DNA from: Lytechinus pictus
Taxonomy: Eukaryota
Length of the DNA stretch: 60,000 bases
Reading direction: 5' to 3'
Assembly (NCBI RefSeq): GCF_037042905.1
Contig: NC_087246.1
Coordinates: 8,868,001 to 8,928,000, forward strand
How positions within the stretch are numbered: the first letter of the stretch is position 1; the number at the start of each line of letters is the position of its first letter. Of this stretch, positions 34,016-46,048 are shown piece after piece. The notes beneath the pieces were generated by a model that searched no databases, was not told the origin of the DNA, and worked only from the letters and a program-made list of their open reading frames with translations. The translations under genes were made by a program, and so were the position numbers.

Positions 34016-37000
34016 ATATGTACATTATAATTGTTATCTATCCTTATTAATCATGCCCTAGCTGATAACGAAATTCACACAAATAACCATAACTTTTCGG
34101 CAGCCAATCAAAGCTGATGACGTATATCCAAGATCAGAATATTCTTGAACTGGTGCTGAATATTATAGGCCTATCTTAGCTAGACGAATACGCAATCCCC
34201 GGTCTTCTGTCTTCGTTTTCCAGACACCCAACAACAGGTTTGGAAAACGAAGACCGAAGACCGGGGACATGCGTAATGTCAATGGTAGTAAAATAGTTGC
34301 AAACGCCAGTTGAGTTGAGTCTGCTTGTACGTGATTGCGCAGTATGGGGTGTATTGTATGCAAGTTTTCAGTTTTATGACAGTTTTTAGAATTGCAATGG
34401 CTGAATTCCGTGGGTGAAATATGTACATTATAATTGTTATATATCCTTATTAATCATGCCCTAGCTGATAACGATATTCACACAAATAACCATAACTTAT
34501 CCGCAGCCAATCATAGCAGATGACGTATATATCCAAGATCAGAATATTCTTAAACTGGAGCTGAATATTATAGGCCTATCTTAGCTAGACGAATACGCAA
34601 TCCCCGGTCTTCTGTCTTCGTTTTCCAGACACCCAACAACAGGTTTGGAAAACGAAGACCGAAGACCGGGGACATGCGTAATGTCAATGGTAGTAAAATA
34701 GTTGCAAACGCCAGTTGAGTTGAGTCTGCCTGTACGTGATTGCGCAGTATATGAGGTGTATTGTATGCAAGTTTTCAGTTTTATGACAGTTTTCGGAATT
34801 GCAATGGCTGAATTCCGTGGGTGAAATATGTACATTATAATTGTTATCTATCCTTATTAATCATGCCCTAGCTGATAACGATATTCACACAAATAACCAT
34901 AACTTATCCGCAGCCAATCATAGCTGATGACGTATCCAAGATCAGAATATTCTTAAACTGGAGCTGAATATTATAGGCCTATCTTAGCTAGACGAATACG
35001 CAACCCCCGGTCTTCTGTCTTCGTTTTCCAGACACCCAACAACAGGTTTGGAAAACGAAGACCGAAGACCGGGGACATGTGTAATGTCAATGGTAGTAAA
35101 ATAGTTGCAAACGCCAGTTGAGTTGAGTCTGCCTGTACGTGATTGCGCAGTATATGAGGTGTATTGTATGCAAGTTTTCAGTTTTATGACAGTTTTCGGA
35201 ATTGCAATGGCTGAATTCCGTGGGTGAAATATGTACATTATAATTGTTATCTATCCTTATTAATCATGCCCTAGCTGATAACGATATTCACACAAATAAC
35301 CATAACTTATCCGCAGCCAATCATAGCTGATGACGTATCCAAGATCAGAATATTCTTAAACTGGAGCTGAATATTATAGGCCTATCTTAGCTAGACGAAT
35401 ACGCAATCCCCGGTCTTCTGTCTTCGTTTTCCAGACACCCAACAACAGGTTTGGAAAACGAAGACCGAAGACCGGGGACATGTGTAATGTCAATGGTAGT
35501 AAAATAGTTGCAAACGCCAGTTGAGTTGAGTCTGCCTGTACGTGATTGCGCAGTATGAGGTGTATTGTATGCAAGTTTTCAGTTTTATGACAGTTTTCGG
35601 AATTGCAATGGCTGAATTCCGTGGGTGAAATATGTACATTATAATTGTTATCTATCCTTATTAATCATGCCCTAGCTGATAACGATATTCACACAAATAA
35701 CCATAACTTATCCGCAGCCAATCATAGCTGATGACGTATCCAAGATCAGAATATTCTTAAACTGGAGCTGAATATTATAGGCCTATCTTAGCTAGACGAA
35801 TACGCAATCCCCGGTCTTCTGTCTTCGTTTTCCAGACACCCAACAACAGGTTTGGAAAACGAAGACCGAAGACCGGGGACATGTGTAATGTCAATGGTAG
35901 TAAAATAGTTGCAAACGCCAGTTGAGTTGAGTCTGCCTGTACGTGATTGCGCAGTATGAGGTGTATTGTATGCAAGTTTTCAGTTTTATGACAGTTTTCG
36001 GAATTGCAATGGCTGAATTCCGTGGGTGAAATATGTACATTATAATTGTTATATATCCTTATTAATCATGCCCTAGCTAGCTGATAACGATATTCACACA
36101 AATAACCATAACTTATTCGCAGCCAATCATAGCTGATGACGACGTATCCAAGATCAGAATATTCTTAAACTGGAGCTGAATATTATAGGCCTATCTTAGC
36201 TAGACGAATACGCAATCCCCGGTCTTCTGTCTTCGTTTTCCAGACACCCAACAACAGGTTTGGAAAACGAAGACCGAAGACCGGGGACATGCGTAATGTC
36301 AATGGTAGTAAAATAGTTGCAAACGCCAGTTGAGTTGAGTCTGCTTGTACGTGATTGCGCAGTATGGGGTGTATTGTATGCAAGTTTTCAGTTTTATGAC
36401 AGTTTTCAGAATTGCAATGGCTGAATTCCGTGGGTGAAATATGTACATTATAATTGTTATATATCCTTATTAATCATGCCCTAGCTGATAACGATATTCA
36501 CAGAAATAACCATAACTTATCCGCAGCCAATCATAGCTGATGACGTATCCAAGATCAGAATATTCTTGAACTGGTGCTGAATATTATAGGCCTATCTTAG
36601 CTAGACGAATATGCAATCCCCGGTCTTCTGTCTTCGTTTTCCAGACACCCAACAACAGGTTTGGAAAACGAAGACCGAAGACCGGGGACATGCGTAATGT
36701 CAATGGTAGTAAAATAGTTGCAAACGCCAGTTGAGTTGAGTCTGCATAAATACGTGATTGCGCAGTATGAGGTGTATTGTATGCAAGTTTTCAGTTTTAT
36801 GACAGTTTTCGGAATTGCAATGGCTGAATTCCGTGGGTGAAATATGTACGTTATCCTTAATATCATGCCCTAGCTGATAACGATATTCACACAAATAACC
36901 ATAACTTATCCACAGCCAATCATAGCTGATGACGTATCCAAGATCAGAATATTCTTGAACTGGTGCTGAATATTATAGGCCTATCTTAGCTAGACGAATA

Positions 37001-37466
37001 CGCAATCCCCGGTCTTCTGTCTTCGTTTTCCAGACACCCAACAACAGGTTTGGAAAACGAAGACCGAAGACCGGGGACATGCGTAATGTCAATGGTAGTA
37101 AAATATAGTTGCACTGCAAACGCCAGTTGAGTTGAGTCTGCTTGTACGTGATTGCGCAGTATGAGGTGTATTGTATGCAAGTTTTCAGTTTTATGACAGT
37201 TTTCAGAATTGCAATGGCTGAATTCCGTGGGTGAAATATGTACGTTATCCTTAATATCATGCCCTAGCTGATAATGATATTCACACAAATAACCATAACT
37301 TATCAGCAGCCAATCATAGCTGATGACGTATCCAAGATCAGAATATTCTTGAACTGGTGCTGAATATTATAGGCCTATCTTAGCTAGACGAATTGACGCG
37401 ATCCCCGGTCTTCTGTCTTCGTTTTCCAGACACCCAACAACAGGTTTGGAAAACGAAGACCGGGGA
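34016..37466 (-). repeat. ~390-408-bp tandem modules in the right arm (8 full units plus 1 partial)
   Basis: Reverse complement of the left-arm unit. Palindromes start at about 34197, 34602, 35005, 35408, 35809, 36217, 36618, 37007 and 37403. Confidence 0.9.
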
Positions 37467-38762
37467 CATGCGTTATGTCAATGGTATAGTAAAATTGCAA
37501 ATTAATGTCAGCCAATTAAGAAGGAAAAACCAGTTCACAGAATGTAATTCTGGAAAATGGAAAAACGGCATACTGGTCTAACTGGTCGAGTTCACTTTAC
37601 TGGACCAGTTAAGAATTAAACTGGTCTGAAATTACTGGTCTAGAGTTAATTAAAAGCTTTAACTGGAAATTTGAAACTGGTCTGATTGATTACTGGAGGT
37701 ACTTGTCTCAGTGGAATATAGTGGTGTAAACTGGGAGACCTATCCCGCTTCAACTGGTCTAAATATACTAATTATTGACACAAGCAATTAACATGACTTC
37801 ATATCAGCCAATTAATGACATTAATGTATTCTAGATCAGAATATTCTTGAATTTGAGCTGAATAATAGAGGCCTTCATAATGACATTTATAAGTGGTATC
37901 TTAGCTAAACGAATGCGATCCCCGGTCTTCGGTCTTCGTTTTCCAGACACCCAACAACGGGTTTGGAAAACGAAGATCGAAGACCGGGGACCCGTGCATT
38001 GTCAATGGGAGAACATGTGTCGGGGCAAGGTCCAAAGTCCATTCTAACCCGCGCACGTGTTTTGTACACACTTTGCACTGCTTTGTACACACTTCGGGCG
38101 TGAACTACAAACGCTTTCACACGAGTGTGATATGAGTCCCCGGTCTTCGGTCTTCGGTCTTCGTTTTCCAGACACCCAGAGACGAAAGAGGAAAAAGGGG
38201 AAGAGGGGAATAATGAAAAGATATGTGAAATGACATATCATGTTGATTTCGATCCGAGATAAAGCACGCTATTTTTTCCAGACTGCGCTGTCGTGGTTAC
38301 ACACTCTTTTACTTTATTACATCTTTCTGAGTTAATTTGGCAGATTAAATCATAAAATAACCCCTTCAGGACTTAGATGAATGGATTAAATTGAATTGAA
38401 TTTATTGAAACTTATTGCATCTGCCAATATTCTGTTTATGATAAACATACAAAACCCAATAAAATTTATTATTATTATCATTATTATTAAAATTATCACT
38501 GCTGGTATTATTATTATTAAAATCATCGGAAATTACCCAAAAGAGCAACTATTTTTCGAATACAACTATCACATCTTCATTTTCTAATTTCGAGACCTTT
38601 ATCAAGTTTTCCTAGCATTACATATCAATTAACGTTATATCCATAGTATTTATCTTTACAAAAAATCTTTACGTAAGTTGTATATTTGTTACATTTCATT
38701 ACAATAAGGAACTTGTCTCCTACCAAATTCATATTACATACTTCACACAGTGTGAGTTTATG

Positions 38763-39408
38763 CAGTGTCGTACCGTGGGTCACGGGATTGGGGGGCACCA
38801 GCGAAATTTTTTGAGTCACTTAGTGGGCGCGCAAAGCGCGCTCAATTGCCAGGATTACTGACCTAATACAGACATTTTAAGGACTGTGCCATTATAGGTA
38901 TATGTATCTCACTGATCAAATAATGCGAGCGCGAAGCGCGAGCTGAACATTTTTTTATATTCAGGCTTAAAAAGAGACATAATAAGCTCATTTTTGTAAT
39001 CTTGATACGCACCTGTCTCGCTAAACAAACAATGCGAAGCGCGAGCTGAAATTATTGTATATATCGACCCCAAACAGGGACATATTAAGGACTATTTTTC
39101 AGGAGTCCAATAAGAGTATATCTCACCATAGTCAACTAATATGAGTGCCAAGCTCTTGTTAATTTTGTAAAAATTACATCTGAACACATGAAGCACTTTT
39201 TGAAGTCATTGTAATCATGATTATATACACATATCACTAATCAAATATTGCGAGCTCGAAGCGCGAGCTGAAAGTTTAGGAAATTCAGACCTGAAGAGGG
39301 GCATTCTAAGGATGGTTTGTAGGAATTCACTAATACCATACGTATCTCACTAACCAAATGATGAAAAAATTTGATATTCAGATCAGAAAATTGTCCTTTA
39401 CGCCACTG
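38763..39408. mobile_element. Non-autonomous DNA element of the CAGTGGCGTA family
   Basis: CAGTGTCGTA...TACGCCACTG termini with repeated GCGAAGCGCGAGCTGAA motifs; no clear TSD. Confidence 0.55.
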
Positions 39409-40884
39409 ACCCCCCCCCCCCTCCATGAAAAAAATAAAATAAAATAAAATAAAAATCCCTCACAGAGAACAAAATTTGTGCCAGTCATCCCCTAATTCAT
39501 TAACACCGATCGATCTACATCTAAGGCAATAATGTAATTTTTTGCTTATATTGCGATGTTCATTCGTCCCATCTTGTTATCTGTAGATGAAGGCCGATGT
39601 GGACGAAAGCTTGCTTTATTAAAAGGAAACTACATCTGGAGAGCTACCTGTCACCCCTTATTATTTCTTCTAAGCGTCCAAGTAGTAAATAATAGTAAAC
39701 ATTTGCATTCACCACAGAAGCTTTCTATAACGCAAAAAATCTTTTATCAAAGACCCATTACAAAGCAGTCTTTGTCGAAAATCGGTGAATCAAAACAGCA
39801 GTGTCGTCCTGGACTCTGGACCAACGATTTATTTGAAATTTTTCGTCCGGTCCGAGTCTGAAGATGATGTGCTCTCCCGGTTCACAAAATTTCGACAATG
39901 ACCTCTAATCTGTCCATTGTGATTTGACGGCCATTTTCAATTGATTTCAAGAAAGTCTACGAAGAATCTGCGAAAATATATACGCTATAATGAGTACCTG
40001 CAAGCACCCAAACACGTTATGATTGTTGGTACTTTGGTGGAGGTGAGTTTGAAAGCTGGCCCTCCTCCACCCAGTTCAAAATCTCCTGCAGAGCCATTCC
40101 AACCAACTTATCAGCTTTAATGCTCATGGATACTATTACTATCTTTGGGGAAATTTAGGGGATAATTACTAAGGGGCGTTTTCGAGGCCTTCCAAATAGT
40201 TCATTAAATATCACCCTAATGATGAGTTTATTTTAAAGATAGCAGGAAATATATTAAAAATGTATTTGCGAAATTTTGAGGAATAAATATCAAGATTAAA
40301 AAACTTATTAGAACTTAAATATTTTGATTTGTGACGTCATATGCGAGTAAGAACTTAAACTGCATTGTCTTTTCTTCAAACCTTCACCAATATCAATCAT
40401 TTTCTGGTATTTTCCAAAACTTTTCGTCAGGGTAAACGGAAATAAGTTAATAGGGCTACTTGAGTTTTCGGTACTCCCTTGCTATCTAAAATAATACATG
40501 TATATCAAAACTCGTTAAAGAAATAAAACTTAAAACATATAAGTGTAATACAGTTTTATACCATAAAAATAATTTATTCTTAATTGCTGCAGACGTAAAA
40601 CATTTAAACACCAACGGACATTATATATAGAAAATGATTATTTAAGAAGCAAATTGTTCGATTGTATATCATTCAAGTTGATTTAAAAAATGATTGAGTG
40701 TAAAAGAAGAAAAAAGAGATCAGAGATATATTCATACCATATCGCATGAAAAATGTAGCTATAAAGAATCTGAAAACATAATAATAATTGTGACTCGATG
40801 AGTAAAGAAAAAATAAACCAAAACTCATCTCGTACTCTGAACCGAACACACATCTATCCAAAGAAGAATCGTGCTTAGAAAGGT

Positions 40885-41215
40885 TTATTTCCAATTCGTC
40901 TAATGCCAATTCGTCCAATTGCCAAATCGTCTAATAACCAGTTGGTCCAATAGCTATTTAGTCCATATACCATTTGGTCTAATTGGACGAAGTGTTAGTT
41001 GTGCAAAATGAATAAAAATGAAATGGTATTGGACCACCTGGATATGAGACGAAAAAGTCATAGACGATAATTGGACGAAGTGATGATTGGGCCAAATAGT
41101 TATTGGACCAAATGGTTGTTAGACGAAATGTTGATGGACGAAATGGCATTAGACCAAATGAAAGTAGACCATGTGGTGAGTGGACGAATTGGCGGTAGAC
41201 GAATTGGCAATTTAT
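40885..41215. repeat. Foldback-like MITE made of short TTCGTCTA/TAGACGAA sub-repeats
   Basis: CCAATTCGTCTAATGCCAATTCGTCCA is mirrored by TGGACGAATTGGCGGTAGACGAATTGG. Confidence 0.6.
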
Positions 41216-42751
41216 CCTTAGAAATAACATCCCTCTATATGTCCAACCCTAGTCCCACATCGAATGAATTCTGAGCATAGGGATAGGTATGTGAACATAA
41301 CTGTACATTGACGATTGGTCTACTTTGCATACTCAAAGATGGTATAATGCACTATTATTTCTAAAAATCAGTTCGTCTGATAACCAGTCGGTGTAATGAT
41401 CACTTACTTCTTCTTATTCCATGTTGGATTTATACCCACTTCGTATAACATACATTTGGTCGAGTAGCACTTATAGACCAATAGATTAATATTGATCCTA
41501 ATTTCATTTCAAAAAGTAAAAAAACAAGAATAACAAGACAAAGTGGAAATCCATAGACATTATACTAGATGGGAATTAGACTGAGTGGGCATTAGACTAA
41601 CTGCAATATTAGACCAAAATTGATAGTGGACTAAATGGGCTCCGTCCAAGTAGTATTACAATATCTAATAAGTAAAACAGCTATTTGTAGATTGAAATAT
41701 AAACCCAAATTCAGCCATAGAATTTTCTTTATAATTTACCCTACAACACTAAAAACGAGAACACAAGTAGAACCTAGACTCGTAGAGAAAATATTTGTAT
41801 CGACCTCTTCATCATATATCATGCGTCCGTGTACATGAATTAACTTCTGGATATAGTCTATGTTATTCATACCAAATTAGTCCTCTTGATCAATTTTCGA
41901 ACAAATCATAACACGAACATGACGAGAAATAATGATGTTTTAGAGAACCGACTTCTTCGTTCCGATAACTGCAACTGTTCAGAGATAGTCATCAAAATGT
42001 CACTTTGCTCTGACACCAATGCTTGGTGCAAATCCAAACTATGCATGCTGAACCTAACGAGGATCATCCAAGGACTGCGGTTGTGTTGCCTTCACTACCT
42101 ACCTTGTTTTCACTTCCATATGATGCACGACGGATTCAAGAACATAGATATTGTATTGCCAAATGCCATTTATGACAATCAACAACCAAGAAATCTTTGT
42201 CCAAAGTTAGTGAATTGAATTGGTACCTATAATGGCATCTGCCAATATTATGTTCAAAGCAAAAATACAAAGTATTACAGAGCATATGAATTATATATAC
42301 AATCTGAGGAAGACGTAAGGAAAAGCAAAATAATACAAGTTAAAACAAGGTCTCACAAATTATTCAATACAAGTAATTTTGAATGGAATGTAGAGACATC
42401 TACGATACTGACATCGGTGAATCAAAACAGCAGTTTCGTCCTGGACTCTGGACAAACGACACATTTGCATTTTTTGTCAGCTCCGGAAATTAGGACAAAA
42501 TTGTCGATAAAGACTTGCCAGCTGTTCATTATCAATACAATTCCAATACAATTACTGTGTTCTCGAATCATATGTCATGGAATCGAAAACTTCATACTGT
42601 GAATGCTTGAACCAACGATTAGATGAACCGGGGAGTTTTAGCGACCAATACGCAGACGCCTTCCCGAACGCAGAAAATATATTGTCGAAAGCCCGGTCAT
42701 TACGAAATAGTCTTTGTAGAAAATCGGTGAATTGAAACAGCAGTGTCGTCC

Positions 42752-42915
42752 CGGGGAGCGTTTCTTTAACATTTTCGTCTGACAAGTTGTCAGATCTGAC
42801 AACTTTCCTTGATTTTGATTGGCTGAGAAGCAAAGTTCCTGTGGTAACTGTAGGATAACACTGCACTTGTCGGATAAAACGTCCGACAAGTCCTTTCATG
42901 AACCCCCCCCCCCCT
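42752..42915. mobile_element. ~160-bp MITE; second copy at about 47840-47992
   Basis: Both copies share the core GACAAGTTGTCAGATCTGACAACTTTCCTTG..TTTGATTGGCTGA. This copy interrupts the host sequence GTGTCGTCC|TGGACTCT, which is seen intact at 39801-39818. Confidence 0.7.
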
Positions 42916-43342
42916 GGACTCTAGGCAAACGACATACAATTTTTCGTCAGTCCAAATCTTAGGACGATATGCTGTCTCCGTCCACCAACTTTCGACGAAT
43001 ACTTCTCACTCTCATCTGCATGTCCATTGTGATTTGACGTACATTTTCAAAGGAATTTGTGTGTTTGTGTTGTAGAAAGCGTCTGCCTAGTGATTGTGAA
43101 TATTATGCGTCGCTGCTACATTATCGGTTGTAATGATTACAGTATCACAACTACCAATATCCTTTGGGGTTTCAGCTATTTAACCTCGATCCATCTTGAG
43201 CACTACACTGTATCTCGCAGTAACAGATGGCGCTACTCCATAACATTTAGGATTGTAGTATTGACTGGTTCAGAATAATATAAAGATGATGATTAGGGTT
43301 TATTAAGTCGGGGTGGTGTACGTGATTTTATGTTTGACTTAA

Positions 43343-46048
43343 GGACGTTCCACAGTTAAAATGAAGTCCATGTCATTTTCACCAAATTTCGCAGAGAGTT
43401 ACTTTGGTATCTATGCATTATAAAGATGAAAAAAAAAACATAGGTTCATGTGCTTATTTTTTTTCTACGGGTCTTCAAAGTCACCGTATTTGAATGATAT
43501 GCAATCTTGCGCAATCAAGAGAATTATGCCTCTCTTAGACCTCACGAATTCACCAAATTAGTTTAAATCATTTTTACTCAGTGAATACCGCATCAAACTT
43601 CATCAAATTCTCAAGATATATAACAAAGTGTATACCAAAGTAAGAGAAGGTCTTTTAATTGGTAAAACTATATCTATTTGGAGTCAACAGCGCCCTCATT
43701 TGGCAAGGATGGTGCAAAAACTCGGAAAAAACAAATCTTCAAAGACATGAATCTACTCAAAACTTTAGAAAGTATTTTGTAAGCTGCCCTTTTTTCAAAA
43801 TCCATGTCATTTTTATCAAATTCGGCTAAATTGTAGAGGAATGCATAACGAAGGTGTAGCGATGTTAAAAATATGAGGTCCATGTGCTCGTTTTTTAACT
43901 GTGAGTGTCCAAAGTGAGGCGAGTTGGCATCGCCCAAAATGCGTCCAAAACGTGCAAAAGTCTAATAAATGCCGGGTGAAATGCGAATGGTTCATTCAAA
44001 ATCCATGTCATTTTCATCATACTCTCCAGATTTGTAGAGGAATATATTCTAAAAGCATTAAAATATTAAAAAATATGGGGTCCATGTGCTCGTGTTTAAA
44101 CTATCAGTGTCCAAAGTGCTGCGAGTTGGCTTGAATATATTGAAATCCACCTAAAATGCGCCGAAAAAGTGCAAAAGTCTAATATCGTCTAAAAGCGAAT
44201 AGTTCCGTAGTTTTGCTCCAAAACATTAAAAATCCATGTCATTTCCATCATACTCTCTAGATTTTTAGAGGAATATATTCTGATGACGTTAAAATATTAA
44301 AAACATGGGGTCCATGTGCTCGTTTTTAAGCTATCAGTGTCTAAACTGTTGCGAGTTGGCTTGAAACAGCCCAAAATGCGCCGAAAACAAGTAAAAGTCT
44401 GATAATACCGTCCAAAATGTCTAAAATATGAATGGTTCCGTAGTTCTGCTCCCAAACATTCAAAATCCATGTCATTTTTATCATACTCTCTAGATTTGTA
44501 GAGGAATATATTCTAAAGACGTTAAAATATTAAAAATATGGGGTCCATATGCTCGTTTTTAAACTGTCAGTGTCCAAAGTGTTGCGAGTTGGCTTGAAAC
44601 AATCTATAATGCGCCTAAAACGGGCAAAAGTCTAATTACCATCAAAAATGTCCAAAATACGAATGGTTCATTAGTCCTGCTCCCAAACATTCAAAATCCA
44701 TGTCATTTCCATCATACTCTCTAGATTTTTAGAGAAATATATTCTAAAGACGTCAAAATATTAAAATTATGGGGTCCATGTGCTCGTTTTTAAACTATCA
44801 GTGTCCAAAGTGTTGCGAGTTGGCTTGAAACAATTTATAATGCGCCTAAAACGGGCAAAAGTCTTATACCATCCAAAATGTCCAAAATACGAATGGTTCA
44901 TTAGTCCTGCTCCCAAACATTCAAAATCCATGTCATTTTCATCATACTCTCTAGATTTGTAGAGGAATATATTCTGAAGAAGTTAGGACATTTAAACTAT
45001 GGGGTCTATGTGCTCGTTTTCAAATTATCAGTGTCCAAAATATTGCGAGTTTGATTGAAACAGCCCAAAATGCGCCGAAAACAAGCAAAAGTCTGTTAAT
45101 ACCGTCTAAAAGCGAGTGGTTCCGTAGTCTTGCTCCCAAACATTAAAAATCCATGTCATTTTCACCATACATTGCATATAGATACTTTAGCACCTGAATA
45201 TTCCAAATATGCAAAAATTCACATGGGTCCATGTGCTTGATTTTTGCCATAGAGCTTAAAGATTAACCCAAAATGGATGATGTTCTTAAGAATTGCGCAT
45301 CCAAAATAATATGGCATTTTTAGACCTGGCGATATCGCAACATTGAGTTTAAAGCCCTATTACTCAGTCAAAATCCATGAAAATATCATTAAATTTTGCA
45401 ATGTTATTAATAATTGTATCCGTAAGATGGATAATCTGTTGATATTGCTGTCAATTGTTTGCTCATTTAAGTCTAACAACACTTTCAGTTCTTAGAAATT
45501 GCGGGAAAGATACTCAACCTCAAAAAATTCAAATTTTAATAACAAACTTGAGAAGTAAAAGAAATGCTGCACTTTATTCAAAACCCATGTCATTTTCACC
45601 AAACTTTGCAAAGTTGTAGAGGAAGGTATACCTAAGAGGTGCAAACATTAATAAATATTGGTTCATGTGTTTGTTTTCAAACTATCAGCACTCTTATTAG
45701 AGCAAATTTGCTTCTCAAGACACCCGAAAACGCGCCAAAAGCAGTATCTATGTGAAGAAAAATTCCGAACCACTTTTCCATTTATTGATACTCAGGGTCA
45801 TACTCATCATAATTTGCAGCACTACAGAGAAACTATTTTGAAATTGTAGAGGAATAAAAAAATGGTCCATGGAATAATTCCAGTTTATTAGCTTCATAAA
45901 ATAACACATCAAATCTGCAGTTAGTGCAGATAACGAGAAAAATCAGTTCACATTATACCTAATCACAAGTTCGTCCATGTGACGTCAGCGCGCAGAGTGT
46001 AAAATATGCGCAGATCATGATGCGCACAAACATAACTGTGGAACGTCC
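43343..46048. mobile_element. 2.7-kb non-autonomous Kolobok-like element with an internal ~235-bp tandem repeat
   Basis: TTAA|GGACGTTCCACAGTTA...TAACTGTGGAACGTCC|TTAA gives a perfect 16-bp TIR and a TTAA TSD. AAAATCCATGTCATTT recurs at about 43797, 43999, 44230, 44462, 44693, 44923 and 45146. Confidence 0.88.

Larger units (their letters stand above)
27368..38177. mobile_element. 10.8-kb non-autonomous Foldback/Mutator-like element with long modular TIR arms
   Basis: Termini are GGGTGTCTGGAAAACGAAGACCGAAGACCG...CGGTCTTCGTTTTCCAGACACCC, with an exact 9-bp TSD AGAGACGAA at 27359-27367 and 38178-38186. The left arm (about 27368-29340) mirrors the right arm (about 34016-38177). No transposase ORF is evident. 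Confidence 0.92.

Noticed and set aside
27335..38241. Recurring short ORFs (…GCLENEDRRPG…, …WKTKTEDRG…) as a transposase or peptide family
   Set aside because: They are translations of the palindromic repeats, frameshifted between copies, with no DDE or zinc-finger motifs.
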